Shown here: piece by piece, positions 40,247 to 50,944 of the stretch | How the letters are laid out: the number at the start of each line of letters is the position of its first letter | How positions within the stretch are numbered: the first letter of the stretch is position 1 | Origin: a virus | IMG/VR virus record: IMGVR_UViG_3300011253_000949 | Coordinates: 2,614 to 66,613 of that record | Reading direction: 5' to 3' (one strand) | DNA length: 64,000 nucleotides | Notes under the pieces: generated by a model | The model's input: only the letters and a program-made list of their open reading frames with translations | The model's database searches: none | What the model was told of the DNA's origin: nothing | Position numbers and translations under genes: made by a program

Positions 40247-40759
40247 CTATGGTTTGAGGGGAGATGCTTCGAAGACTGACTCTACAGGCTCATCAGATTG
40301 GTTCTGATACTTTCCATCATAGGCAGCAGTTTCGATGACTTCGTGAAAAAGGATCTGGGCAATACCACAGCCAGCAGGCAGGTTCAGAGGCTCTCTACCG
40401 TGGTACACAAGCTCAAGCGTGAGGTAGCCTTCCCACCCTGGCTCGATGACTGTGTTGAACACTGAGAGGCCTTGTCTGGCCCATGTGGACTTGTCGTGAA
40501 CCACACCAAGAAGATGGCTGGGCATATGAAATTTCTCCATGGCAGATGCGATGGTGAAATTCTTCTTCTCATGAGTTGCATGATCAACGCTGACACAGAT
40601 GGCCTGATCGTAGTTGGGGAAGAACCGAACGTTCTGTTTGAGCCGGATGTCATATCCTGCTTCCGCTAGACCATGGCTGACGCCATGCTCTCGCTCTTTG
40701 GTGTGAAGCATGTCTTGAATGGGGGCTGCTTTGAGCAACCTCTGACCGTTGATAATCAT
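40247..40759 (-). CDS. dcd: dCTP deaminase (N4 gp26-like)
   Basis: GYDIRL, HDKSTWARQG, IEPGWEGYLTLE and YDGKYQNQ motifs. Confidence 0.92.
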   Translation of the reverse strand: MIINGQRLLKAAPIQDMLHTKEREHGVSHGLAEAGYDIRLKQNVRFFPNYDQAICVSVDHATHEKKNFTIASAMEKFHMPSHLLGVVHDKSTWARQGLSVFNTVIEPGWEGYLTLELVYHGREPLNLPAGCGIAQILFHEVIETAAYDGKYQNQSDEPVESVFEASPLKP

Positions 40760-40853
40760 ATGAGTTCCCGAAAATATGTTTGCCTGTGTTGACACCAAAC
40801 CACACCACCACACACCGGATCAAGGTTTAATTGATCCAGTGTGTAGGGGAGAT

Positions 40854-41162
40854 TTAGTAGAGCATCAGACCAAGATCGGGCTGAGTACTCCATTCTGTAT
40901 TGTAGGTAGGTAAGCCCTGTAGGGGCTCAGCTTCGTTGTCTAGGTAGATCCAAGTACAGCCTTGATCTCGAGCCATTGCGACCAACAAAAGAAGGTCTTT
41001 GTGGATGATCTTGGATGTATCTGTTTTGGGATCTGGAGGGACTGCAATCCAGCATCCAAAGCAACTGGCATAGCTGGATACACCAATCATATCTTCTTCA
41101 ATTTTTACCATAGTGAGGGGTGTAATGTTTAGAAGAGAACCATGTAAAAATTGTTCAATCAT
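40854..41162 (-). CDS. Hypothetical protein
   Basis: ARDQGCTWIYLD...LPTY phage-type motif; start uncertain. Confidence 0.6.
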   Translation of the reverse strand: MIEQFLHGSLLNITPLTMVKIEEDMIGVSSYASCFGCWIAVPPDPKTDTSKIIHKDLLLLVAMARDQGCTWIYLDNEAEPLQGLPTYNTEWSTQPDLGLMLY

Positions 41163-41169
41163 AAAAAGG

Positions 41170-42324
41170 TTACTCGTTACTGATGTGGATCTGTTTACCA
41201 AATGAGGTTTGTGCTGATGGGTTACCAACAACAACCCACAAAACAGGAACACGGGGGTTTTTCTCCATTGGAGAACACCAAAGATCTGAGAAGATGACAG
41301 CTGCAGTTGGCTTACGCTTAACAATCTCAGCGTAGACATCTTCAAGGCAGGTGCCTCCTCGACCTTCTACAACAATCTCTGAAAACTTGTCGTCTTGAGC
41401 AAACTCATAGATGTCACGGATGCTTGTATCAAACGTCATGATGGTGAGCTGTTTGGGACGCAAGGTTTTGTGGATATGTTTGACTTCGGAGTTGAAGCGT
41501 ACAATGTCTGCATCCGAAACTGATCCAGATACATCGAAGAAGTAGAGGAGATGTTCGAGACCATTCTCTCCCATAAGGGAAGGGAGATACATGTCTTCGT
41601 AGCGACGTGATGGACGCTTCCATGAGTAGTCATCATTGCTCAGATCAGTGAAGTACCGGTTCAGCAAAACTTCCCATTTGAGGACAGGATTGAGGAATGA
41701 GGAAACCGAAAGAGTGACTTCTCCAGGCAATGTGCCGGCATCTTTAGTAGCTTTAGAAGACTGAATGGCTTGGATCACTTTGGTGATGATCTCGTAGCCT
41801 TTCCCTTTTTCAGGTTCTAGCAAATCAGGCCCCCATTCAGAAGGTGCAGGCTTTCTGTGTGGTTCTTTTTGGAGTAGTTCGTAGATCTGCTCAGTCGACA
41901 TGTGATCCAAAGAGTGATCAATGTAGCCTTGAACAGGGATACCACTGAAGTCAAAGCCGTTGTTTTCCATGTCGTTATTGATGACATAGTCACAGGCGAT
42001 GTTCCAATCTTCTAGTTCATGATAACCCATGCGGCCGAAGTGATCTCGGCCTGTATGCCAAAGCTCATGTGCCAAGAGAGTGACACGGCCGGAAGGTGTA
42101 CAGTCCAGATAGAAGTTTGGATTGAAAGTGATTGTGGAACCATTGTTCTGGGCAGTTTTTACTGTGTGATCCCATTTGTACGTATGGCTACAAACAAGAG
42201 AACCAAGGAAACCAGCTTGGTGTTTGAAGAAGAGCTGGCCCTTGGTTTTGGAGAGCATCATATCAAGCGATGCACGTTCTTGAGAGGTAATGCGATCAGG
42301 CCGCGAGAGCTGCGTTATCATCAT
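41170..42324 (-). CDS. Metallopeptidase-like / vWA protein (N4 gp25-like)
   Basis: HELWH, WNIACDYVIN, DVSGS and GRGGT motifs. Confidence 0.88.
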   Translation of the reverse strand: MMITQLSRPDRITSQERASLDMMLSKTKGQLFFKHQAGFLGSLVCSHTYKWDHTVKTAQNNGSTITFNPNFYLDCTPSGRVTLLAHELWHTGRDHFGRMGYHELEDWNIACDYVINNDMENNGFDFSGIPVQGYIDHSLDHMSTEQIYELLQKEPHRKPAPSEWGPDLLEPEKGKGYEIITKVIQAIQSSKATKDAGTLPGEVTLSVSSFLNPVLKWEVLLNRYFTDLSNDDYSWKRPSRRYEDMYLPSLMGENGLEHLLYFFDVSGSVSDADIVRFNSEVKHIHKTLRPKQLTIMTFDTSIRDIYEFAQDDKFSEIVVEGRGGTCLEDVYAEIVKRKPTAAVIFSDLWCSPMEKNPRVPVLWVVVGNPSAQTSFGKQIHISNE

Positions 42325-43339
42325 TGAGGAACCTCGTGAGGTGTTGAATATGTGTGGCATATTCAGGGTTACGAGCCATGGTTTTATCGCGGGAAGCGAT
42401 GCCACGGAAAAAGACAACTTGGAAGTCAGCTGAGAACCGTTTCATGTAGGTTGCCAGTTCGTTGAAGTTGTCTTTAGTGAAGTACTCCAGCAGCATGGAT
42501 GCTGTGGCATACTGTGTACTGGTGCGATCGGGGACAGGTGCAGACTGAGGATTTGCAATGATCTCTTCGATCTTAGGCAGGTACTCATACTCTTTCAGAA
42601 ATGCATGGAAAGAGACTGCTGCACCTTCAGAGATTGTGCCAGCAAGCAAAGGAAGATTGATCTGCTCAAAAGACTTTCCTTTGATGAGCTTTGAAGCAAA
42701 CTCCCAGGTCCGAGGACAGGCAAAGGTTTTGTCAGTATGATCTGGATCAAACTCGTGCAGTTTTCCTGGTTGGCTCTCCAGATAACCAATCACACGATAA
42801 TCAAACAGCTTCTCGTTGGCATGCTTGATGAACTCAGGAAAGGATGGTTCGATTTGGATGTGAACCAAGCGAGACTGCATGGCTGTACCCATGTCAGTGA
42901 CGATGGCTCCATCTGTGGATTTGTTGCCTGCACAGACGATAAACACGTCATCATGAAGGTGCTCTTGTCCTGCCATGCGGTCTAGGACCACTTTGTAAGC
43001 AGCAGCCTGTACGGCCTTTGTAGCGGACGTGAACTCATCCAAGAATAGGATCCAACCTTTGTAGCCTTTGGGGATTGGATCTCCGCGGAGAGGGAACATG
43101 GCAAAGGGAGAGAAGACTGACTTCTTACCTTCACGAGATGGCAGGCCCATGAAGTCTTCTGGCACACACATGCTCAAGCGCAGGTCGATAACGCAAAGCT
43201 GAAAGTCAGCTGCAATTTGGTGAATGAGAGAAGACTTTCCGACTCCTGGAGATGATTCAAGAGAAGGCACAAGGCCAGCCTCAAAGCACTCGATGACAGA
43301 AGCCCTGGCTTCGCTAGGGGTCATGATAAAAAGTGACAT
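42296..43339 (-). CDS. MoxR-like AAA+ ATPase (N4 gp24-like)
   Basis: SPGVGKS, LFLDE, AGN and PRTW motifs; paired with the vWA gene. Confidence 0.88.
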   Translation of the reverse strand: MSLFIMTPSEARASVIECFEAGLVPSLESSPGVGKSSLIHQIAADFQLCVIDLRLSMCVPEDFMGLPSREGKKSVFSPFAMFPLRGDPIPKGYKGWILFLDEFTSATKAVQAAAYKVVLDRMAGQEHLHDDVFIVCAGNKSTDGAIVTDMGTAMQSRLVHIQIEPSFPEFIKHANEKLFDYRVIGYLESQPGKLHEFDPDHTDKTFACPRTWEFASKLIKGKSFEQINLPLLAGTISEGAAVSFHAFLKEYEYLPKIEEIIANPQSAPVPDRTSTQYATASMLLEYFTKDNFNELATYMKRFSADFQVVFFRGIASRDKTMARNPEYATHIQHLTRFLNDDNAALAA

Positions 43340-43471
43340 GTGGGGGTATTCCTATTCTAGAGCTCGATGCTTTTCATGAGCTGACGTTGGCCTTCAACAG
43401 AAGGGGTCATCCACCGCTCTTGGGGAATGCCTTTGAGCCAGTCATGGGGTGAATGCACTTGATGTCAGCCA

Positions 43472-46315
43472 TCATTCAGGCCCCTTTTGAGCTATGATAT
43501 TCGTGCCTTTATCGGTCGCAAACCACCCGTATTTTCCCTGTCGCGTCTCGATATAACCCAAGCGCGCCAATCGCCGCTCCTTGCGACCATCCAAGCACCA
43601 TGAGCCGCCATCAGCTATGTGCTCAATTTCCCTCATGTCTTCCGCTGTGATTGTCTCAATCTGCATCTGACTGCTCCTTTTGTGCATCGTCAATCATGCG
43701 CTTGGCCTCGGCCTTAGCCTTGCCGCGTGTTTCGTGTCGCCCCCCGTGCGGCAACCGCTTTGGCCTGCCATACTCACAAGTGACGGCAGGGTAATACCAT
43801 TCCGCGCCTTGCTCTTTGCTGGCAGTCGGCTTACCCGCAACCGCTGCGAATTTACCCATTATTCCGGCTCCTTTAATGCTGCAAACGCGGGCTTCAATTC
43901 ATAGCGGCGCATCCTCAATTCCATATCCCCCAGCGCCTCGGCTTCATTGTAGTTACTCGCCCACTCCATAGGTTCACCCATGACAATTTCGTAAGCGTCT
44001 GAAAAAGCCCGTTCCAGACGATCACGGTTGCTAATTTCTTGCATTAAAGCGCGCCCATCATCCACGGCCAGTCTCCTTCTCATTGGTCAATATTGGGGCC
44101 ACCATAAGTGTTACCCACTCCTCCTCTAGGTCTAAATACAGCCTGTCTGCGCGTCTGATTTCAGCAGCGCATTCCTCACAAGGTTCAGGTGCGGAAGATG
44201 TTAGGCGTCGGCAATTCGGACAGGGTTCTCGCATCATTCACTCTCCTTTTGTGCTACGATGTTGCGTGAATGGTGAAGCGGCCATTCTGCGATATCAGGG
44301 TAAAATCCGTCAGAACCTGCTCTGCGTCCAAGCCGGGAATAGGAATAGTGACTTCGACCTCAACATCACCATCAAAGTCTCGCAGTTCATCAATCAATTC
44401 CTGAACAGTCATTCTTCACTCTCCCTTAATGCTGCGACCAGAGCGTCACCATTAGCATTGAAAAACCAAGCCGTGTCACCTTCTTCGAGCGTGTCAGACG
44501 GCTGTTCAACCACGCCCCGATCCATAAGGCCGTTTGTCTCTAGTAATTCCAAATCCGTAATATCGCATCGGTCGCACCCCTCAGCAAAGATAGTCGAAAC
44601 CCGCTTTGTCGCGGCGATAACTGGCAGTGAATAGTTCATGCTTTCGGCTCCTTTTGTGCTTTGCTGTCGCTGACTTTCACACGACCTCTTGGCGCAAGGC
44701 AGACATGCTTTCCACACCTGTCGCATTTTAGGTATTGCCACGTCCGACCAGTTAAGCCACCGCTTGATGTTGCCCACCTAACCATTCGGTGCCCTAATAG
44801 CCAACAAATCACTTTGACTGCCCCTTTGCTGCTATCTTGATTTCCGCATTAGCGGCCCTGAACGCTTCTAGCGCGCGGCGGCGGCACCATTTAAGTTCCT
44901 TCTTAGGCTTGTCTGGCCACTCTGGTTCACCGTCACCGATGTCACCCAACGCTCCAGCTGCAGCTTTCAGCGCGCCCCGCAGGCGCTCAATTTCGTCGGA
45001 CATATCACTGATAAGCGTCACGCCTGCGTCCATTTCGTCTGAGCCATCCATGGGTCGCAGCCCTTGAGTAACGGTTTCAATTCTGGCCTGTGAAAAATCA
45101 GCCATTAGTTTGCTCCTGTAATATTTCATGCTTGGCAATATCCAGAACACCAATGGCAGTGGCTAAGGGGATACAGCCCGCGAACGAATATATCGTTTTC
45201 TTGGTCTCTTGGCACATTTGATCCGCAGCAACCTCCGCCCTCACGCCACCTGAAAAAACCTTGATATTACTCATGCTTCTGGCTCCTTTGATTCAATGTC
45301 AGCAAGCCGGGCTGCCAGGGCTTCAACCTGCGCACAGGCATCAAGATACGCGTCAGCCCGAACGTATATGATTGCAGGTTCGTTGGCCTGCTTGTCGTCT
45401 TCATGCAGTCCGATCCTGCCATCTCCGATATCGTAATCAGCGTCAGCAAAAATCAAAGAGGGGGCCAAACTGTCTGCGCCGTCTTGGTGACTGACACTCG
45501 CCCGCAACCGATATCCAAAAGCCTTCCTAATGCGCGGGTCATTCATCTGCCAGGCCCTCCTTTGCTGCTACGGGAACCCAATCGTTGTGGATGGACAGCG
45601 GCCCGATGTTCAGCGCTTTGTAGATCACACCATCAAACTGCATTGTATGCCAGCCGAACGTGGACCAGTCCCAAGGGAACCAGTCCCATGTGACGTGCCA
45701 TTTTTCCTCGCAATAAATCACGCGCTTCATTCCGGCTTCTTGGATTCAATTTCAGCACACGTAACCACCCGCACAAAATCTAGCGCACCGTCTGAAATCT
45801 TATCAAGTAGGGACAGGATCGCCTGAATTTCCTCAATCATGTCTTATATCCTTTTTGTCTGCGCTCGGCTTTCCAAGCAATTTGACGCAACCTGTCAGCT
45901 GCTTTTTCCAGTGCTTTGTAATCAATGTCTTCATGTCTATCTCGCATGATCATGTGATCCACATAGATGTTCAGCACAGCTGGGAGACCCAACATCATGA
46001 GCTTCTCTGTGGCTGTACGGGTGAGGGCAGGGGGCAAGGCTGAGCTGATCTTCTTGGCTCTTCTCCAAAACATACTCATGATTTGAGACTTTCTCTGTAA
46101 CCTTCTCTTGCCATCCGCATATGGGAGTTGTTGTGAGTTTCACGGAACCATATGTCGGCAAGGTATGAGATAGATGTATTGGTGATGACCTTACCTTCGG
46201 CACTGTGGCTCTGAAGTTGGGTCAGCTGGTCGAGACACCATTCCTGATCTTTGTTGTAACGAACACAACACCGGTAAATGACCGCGACCCTCCAGACGGG
46301 ATCAGGGTGTGACAT
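43472..46315 (-). other. Array of about 14 tiny, overlapping hypothetical genes (accessory cassette)
   Basis: Coupled ORFs, e.g. 46076-46315, 45837-46079, 45727-45840, 45539-45730, 45271-45546, 45098-45274, 44809-45105, 44636-44812 (CxxxGH..CxRC), 44409-44639, 44254-44412, a CxxC ORF starting near 44237, 43859-44068, 43656-43859, 43472-43666. Confidence 0.7.
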
Positions 46316-46566
46316 AAAATTAATCCTTTTCAGTTTTCAAATGCTGGGCAGCCCGTGACTACCCAGCTGATGAAAAGTGACGAGGTTACATGGAGACCTC
46401 CTTTGGTTTCTTGCTGCTGGTTCTCTTCTGAGAACACCAACCAAAAAAAGGGATGAAAGTACGTTTGCGGGTTGCCGAATCCCGTAAGCTCCGTAAACTC
46501 AGGATACTTCCCTGATACAATCCAGATACTATCTAGAGGTTTTTCTAGAGATCATTGTAGGTCAGG

Positions 46567-46603
46567 GAAAAAATAATAGCCCCTCCCCGTGAGGGAAGAG
46601 GCT
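46567..46603 (-). terminator. Terminator after RNAP II subunit 2
   Basis: AGCCTCTTCCC TCAC GGGGAGGGGCT followed by ATTATTTTTT on the - strand. Confidence 0.7.
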
Positions 46604-46608
46604 GTTGT

Positions 46609-46793
46609 TTAGCTGAGTGCATAATCGGCATTAACGATCTGCTGAGAGATGTCACCAAACTTAGTGACCACCGTGTCCTCACCCACAATCTGACTTACGA
46701 TAGACTGAAGCAGGTTGCTCTGTGCGAGTTCACTGAGGATCGTGTTGTATTGCTTACGCAGGTCATTCCCGTAGTTGGGATGAACGCGGAAAC
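46609..46793 (-). CDS. RNAP II subunit 2 (N4 gp16-like), exon 3
   Basis: Splicing gives [19 protein letters not shown]...DYALS*. Confidence 0.9.
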
Positions 46794-47768
46794 CATTTGT
46801 TAAACGAGACGTTACTCTCGCCCTTCAGATTCCATGATTGTAGTGGAATCCATACTTAGCTTCAGCAGCTTGGCGAGCTGCTTTTGCATCATCTATGTTG
46901 TCATATGAGCCGAGAGCGATTTGCTTACGGTTCACCATGATGTAGGCGTGATACTTCCCAGAGGGAAGGACACGAACACCAGTGACACCAGACGTGTTGC
47001 TTTTCTTTTGGCTCATGTTGAGTTGGTTTAGCCTGCTAGATACTTCTCGCAGATTGCTCCAGCGGTTATTGGATCGATCGTGGTCAAGATGATCCACTTG
47101 ATCAGGCCAAACACCTATTTGCATAAGCCAGATGATACGATGTGCCAGATAGTCTTTTCCGCCTATAGAAACAGATAAGTAACCTTGACTGTGTAGATAA
47201 GTCGCAAGGTCTCCTTTGGCTCCTTTAATCGTATCAAGTTTGTGACACAGCTCACCAGAGGCAGGGGTATACTCATAAAGGTTGAGTAGGCTTGTCTGGG
47301 TGAACTCACGAAGATTGACGATACGGTGCGTACATTTTTTACATAGATGTCCGATCCGGCTTTTCTTCGCATCATATAAACCAACCTCAAAGTCAGAATG
47401 GCATTGAGCACATTCACACAAAACTTTGAATTTTGTTAGTTTCATCTTGATCTGCCACGTTTGCAACATTGTATGTACCTTGATTAAGCCATGCACGTTG
47501 TTTTTGTGCTTAGCCTAACCTTGGCAAGAAGTCCACGGCTTTCACTGTGGTATCGGACTATATCATCACCCTTCTGCAGAGCAGTTAGGGGCGAGGCGCT
47601 TCGGAGGGGACTTCCCTCTCCTACTCCCTTGCGGGATAGTCTCTGAACCTTCAATGCAGTTTGGACCTGCAAAGCTTGGCTGCTGATTGGCATAGGATTT
47701 CTCCCTTAGCTTTCCAGCAATTCACCTCGTTCTTCGACAGGGATTTCTCCCTGAAGGACCGTTAATTC
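46794..47768 (-). mobile_element. Group I intron 2 (975 nt)
   Basis: P1 GACU/GGUC with U-G at the 5' splice site; P AATTGCTGGAAA, Q AATCAGCAG, R TTCAGAGACTA, S GATATAGTC; terminal G at 46794. Confidence 0.92.
46825..47496 (-). CDS. Intron-encoded HNH/AP2 homing endonuclease (start uncertain)
   Basis: AHRIIW...VDHLDHDRSNNRWSNLR; NTSGVTGV AP2-like tail; N-terminal CxxC pairs. Confidence 0.88.
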   Translation of the reverse strand: MHGLIKVHTMLQTWQIKMKLTKFKVLCECAQCHSDFEVGLYDAKKSRIGHLCKKCTHRIVNLREFTQTSLLNLYEYTPASGELCHKLDTIKGAKGDLATYLHSQGYLSVSIGGKDYLAHRIIWLMQIGVWPDQVDHLDHDRSNNRWSNLREVSSRLNQLNMSQKKSNTSGVTGVRVLPSGKYHAYIMVNRKQIALGSYDNIDDAKAARQAAEAKYGFHYNHGI

Positions 47769-48386
47769 AGTCATGGATGGAGAGAACAGGGAAGGGGTGC
47801 TTTGGCATGTTGTCGAGCAAGTCAAAGAGTTCTTCCAAGGGAGCATAGTGGATTGAATCTTCGTCGATGTAGTCCACGATCCGAGCAGAAAGGAAGCCTG
47901 TCTCGTGGAAGTTCTTTGCCAGGGTCCGAACCATTGAGATGTTTGGGCTGATCTTATCTGCAGGACGTGAGCTGTGAGACAGAGCAATAGCTGCAAAGCA
48001 CAAACCCATAGCCTTTACCATTTGGCTCCGATCATAGGTACAGCGCCGTGAGACTTCACGAACGATCATACCATCAATGGAGTGGGTGATGTTGGCCGGC
48101 AGTGACTTGCCGGTTTCAGTGGGTGTGTTGATCTTGGTGACAACATCGTAGGGACGTTCCAAGAAGTGAACTGTCTCATGTTGAAAATCCATGACTTTGG
48201 TTTTGACATGGAAGTTGTCAGGAAGAGTCCACTCATAGACCAGAGCTTCAGGATTCCACAGAGCCAAGAGAGCTTCGTTGAGTTGCCAGATGCCAGGGGC
48301 TTCTTCGTTCATGACTTGCAAGAACATGTCGAGCATTTCCCCTTCACCAAATACCTCTTTAGGGACAGCCTTAGAGCCATACAATG
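47769..48386 (-). CDS. RNAP II subunit 2, exon 2
   Basis: (S)LYGSKAVP, WTLPDNF, ANITHSIDG and SIHD motifs. Confidence 0.92.
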
Positions 48387-49262
48387 CGTTTTGTTCAACA
48401 AGGGTTCGTTACTCCCTTGCCCGTCCACTTGCTCATGTGTGGACCGCTACATGTTACCATGCAGACCAGACTATATCTTCACCCTCTTACGAGGGGTTCT
48501 GCGCTTCGAGCCACTTGGCTCTACTCCCTCACGGGATAGTCGTTGCACGTTCCGATACTTCAACCACTCTACGACACATCTCAATAAAATCGAGAGTTGT
48601 CATATCACCCTTGGCTCTGTTTGCGGCCCAAGATAGCCACTGTATGTTGCCTTTTACATATCCCAATTCAGGATATATTTTGTCCAATGAAGGACAAAGA
48701 GGATGTTTCTTCTCAATCACAAATGGGCAACCTGTGGCAGCACATTTGAGGTCTTGAAGATTGATTAGCTCGTAGAGATAGTCCTCATCAATATCAGGGG
48801 TCACCTGATTGTATTTGCTGGCTCTGCTTTTGGCTTCAGTGATCCTCCCTCGTATGAGAGACATCAGCTTTCTATCCTCTGGCGGAACCTTCTTAAGTTT
48901 ACCTGTCCCTCGATACCCTTGACCATGTTTCTCACTGTAGGCTTTTCTATATGCACGAGCTTTTGCTGCGTTACATGGCTTACAGTACGAATGGTAACTT
49001 TGGGACGTCGGGTGTTTGAAGTTGTCAGACTTCTTCCAATTTTCATTTAATTTGGCTTTGGTAAACTCTTGAAGAGGTTTCGTCTCACCGCATTCTTTGC
49101 AGCTACGAGTGGTTGATTGATCCATAGAAGCATTCCTTAATTGCTTATACGGATTTGTATTGGCTTCGCTCAGGATTGTCCACAGCTTGACCTGTTGGGA
49201 GGTTCCCTGAATTCACAGAATTGCGTATCACCAGTTACCCGGTGAGTGACCCCTTTATGTTA
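48387..49262 (-). mobile_element. Group I intron 1 (876 nt)
   Basis: P1 UGACCU/GGGUCA; P AATTCAGGGAA, Q AATCCTGAG, R GCAACGACTA, S AAGATATAGTC; terminal G at 48387; splicing gives AIMT-S-LYG. Confidence 0.93.
48529..49125 (-). CDS. Intron-encoded His-Me finger (HNH-like) endonuclease
   Basis: CKEC..CKPC zinc ribbon; PSLDKI...GYVKGNIQW...N..K; ORF runs into the intron R element. Confidence 0.8.
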   Translation of the reverse strand: MDQSTTRSCKECGETKPLQEFTKAKLNENWKKSDNFKHPTSQSYHSYCKPCNAAKARAYRKAYSEKHGQGYRGTGKLKKVPPEDRKLMSLIRGRITEAKSRASKYNQVTPDIDEDYLYELINLQDLKCAATGCPFVIEKKHPLCPSLDKIYPELGYVKGNIQWLSWAANRAKGDMTTLDFIEMCRRVVEVSERATTIP

Positions 49263-49674
49263 AGGTCATGATAGCTTGCTTCACATCTGCTCGATCGATC
49301 TTAGACACGGTTCCTAGGCGTGCACACATGATCTCATAGATGTTGGTGTAGAGATCCTCCCGATCACCTGTGCTGATGACATTGCACAGAGAGGCTGACT
49401 TGCTGCATCCAACCAGGATAGCCAGAATTTGAGCCCCAGAGGCTGTGGCATCAAGGCTGATGGGGTAGGAGATAGGCTTGCCCTGTGAGGCTGTTCTGTA
49501 GGCCTGTACGCCAGCGTAGTAGAGGGCTGGTTCTTCTGCTTGATCAATGAGATTTTTAAGCAGTGGTTCATTGGTCTGGAACCATGAGATACGATCAGTC
49601 CAGCTTTCTTTGTCGAGACCAAAGTTACCAGCAATGTCGATCATCAGATATTCTGTAGGTGTGAAAGTTTGCAT
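49263..49674 (-). CDS. RNAP II subunit 2, exon 1
   Basis: YLMIDIAGNFGLDK, motif A LDATASGAQ, motif B start RADVKQAIMT; the three exons total 1215 nt = 404 aa. Confidence 0.93.
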
Positions 49675-49685
49675 AAGATGGGCTC

Positions 49686-50244
49686 CTAAAGATGGGTTTT
49701 ACAGTAGAAAATTGTCACGTCTGGGTTGTTTGTAAGAAGTCTTTCGATTGTTTTTTTGGCAGTGTTAACGGTTTTAGGATAGCCAGCAGGGCCACTATGT
49801 ACTCGAAAGCTAAATAGCCAGCATTCATGTAGCCAAGCGTTTACAAGGACACTGCCCAACAGCAGTTCATAAGCTTCTGTGAGCATGTGACGGGGAACAA
49901 TCCAGTGATACGCAGTAGCAGAGTTCAGATAAGCTTTACTGGTATTATCTCGGATGAAATATGTGAGCAGTGGATTACGGATAGTGACTTCTGTGATTTG
50001 AGCATGTTGAGGATTAGGTAGATATCCCACTGTACTTCTCCTGCCTACGTTTGGCTGCACTCACTGCTGCAGACATATCTTTGTACTGATGGCTCGAGAC
50101 AAAGCCTGAGCAGTTACGATCAAACTGGACACGGACATGGAATGTCTGAACCAGTTTATATATCGGCTTATGATCAAGCATACTCCGAAGTGTTGTTGGA
50201 CGGCGCTGTGTTTGGGAAACAGCCTTGAACTGTGGATATGTCAT
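49686..50244 (-). other. Two small hypothetical ORFs (49686-50060, 50014-50244)
   Basis: ORFs in operon order; the second has an AGGAG RBS. Confidence 0.5.
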
Positions 50245-50253
50245 TGGTTCTCC

Positions 50254-50766
50254 TCACGCTTGTCCAAGACGTTTGATGCATTGTTTCCAGTCAGCAATGG
50301 CTCTGGATGTGCCACGTAGACTGAAAGAAGGGTCATAAGCTTTACCGTTGGGATCAAGAAAGTAGAGTCTTTGACCGGAAGACATTTCTTTGAGCAAGTT
50401 GCCCCAAACAGGCGAAGAAGAAGCATGTGAGAACAGGATGTAGCTTCCATAGTTTCTAGCGCTATTCAGCTTGAATGGGGATTCTCTATCAATCTGAAAA
50501 CGTAGATTTACCTGTGAAGGTACTGGCTCTAGTTCGTTATTAAACAGATGGAGAACCAGAGACACGCTGTCGTCATCCCAGAATTCTATGTTCAACTGAA
50601 CATTGTTTACTTTGGTGACGAGATCACAGGATGCTGATTTTTCTCCCATGTAGAGTTTGACCTTCCAATCCCCATGAGAGGAGATGTCGAAGTCTTCTGC
50701 TTGAGCAGCTGTACCCATGACAAAGAGAGTCATGATTGCTGCAATGAAATGTGTAAGTATCTTCAT
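50254..50766 (-). CDS. Secreted/periplasmic protein (IalB-like fold possible)
   Basis: Signal peptide MKILTHFIAAIMTLFVMGTAAQA; HGDWKV...C and FSLRGTSRAI...C. Confidence 0.65.
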   Translation of the reverse strand: MKILTHFIAAIMTLFVMGTAAQAEDFDISSHGDWKVKLYMGEKSASCDLVTKVNNVQLNIEFWDDDSVSLVLHLFNNELEPVPSQVNLRFQIDRESPFKLNSARNYGSYILFSHASSSPVWGNLLKEMSSGQRLYFLDPNGKAYDPSFSLRGTSRAIADWKQCIKRLGQA

Positions 50767-50944
50767 TTGGTTCACCTTTTGTTCTAGGGTTGTTATTTGC
50801 CACACCAGCAGCATGGTTCTTCCTCTTCACCATTGCACCAAGCGCAAGGATGATCTTCAACAGTTGGTTCTGGTTCATCATGTGCTGCGTCGATGAGCAG
50901 CATCTGTTTGAATTCCCAGTCACGTTCTTCCTTTTCAGTTTCAG

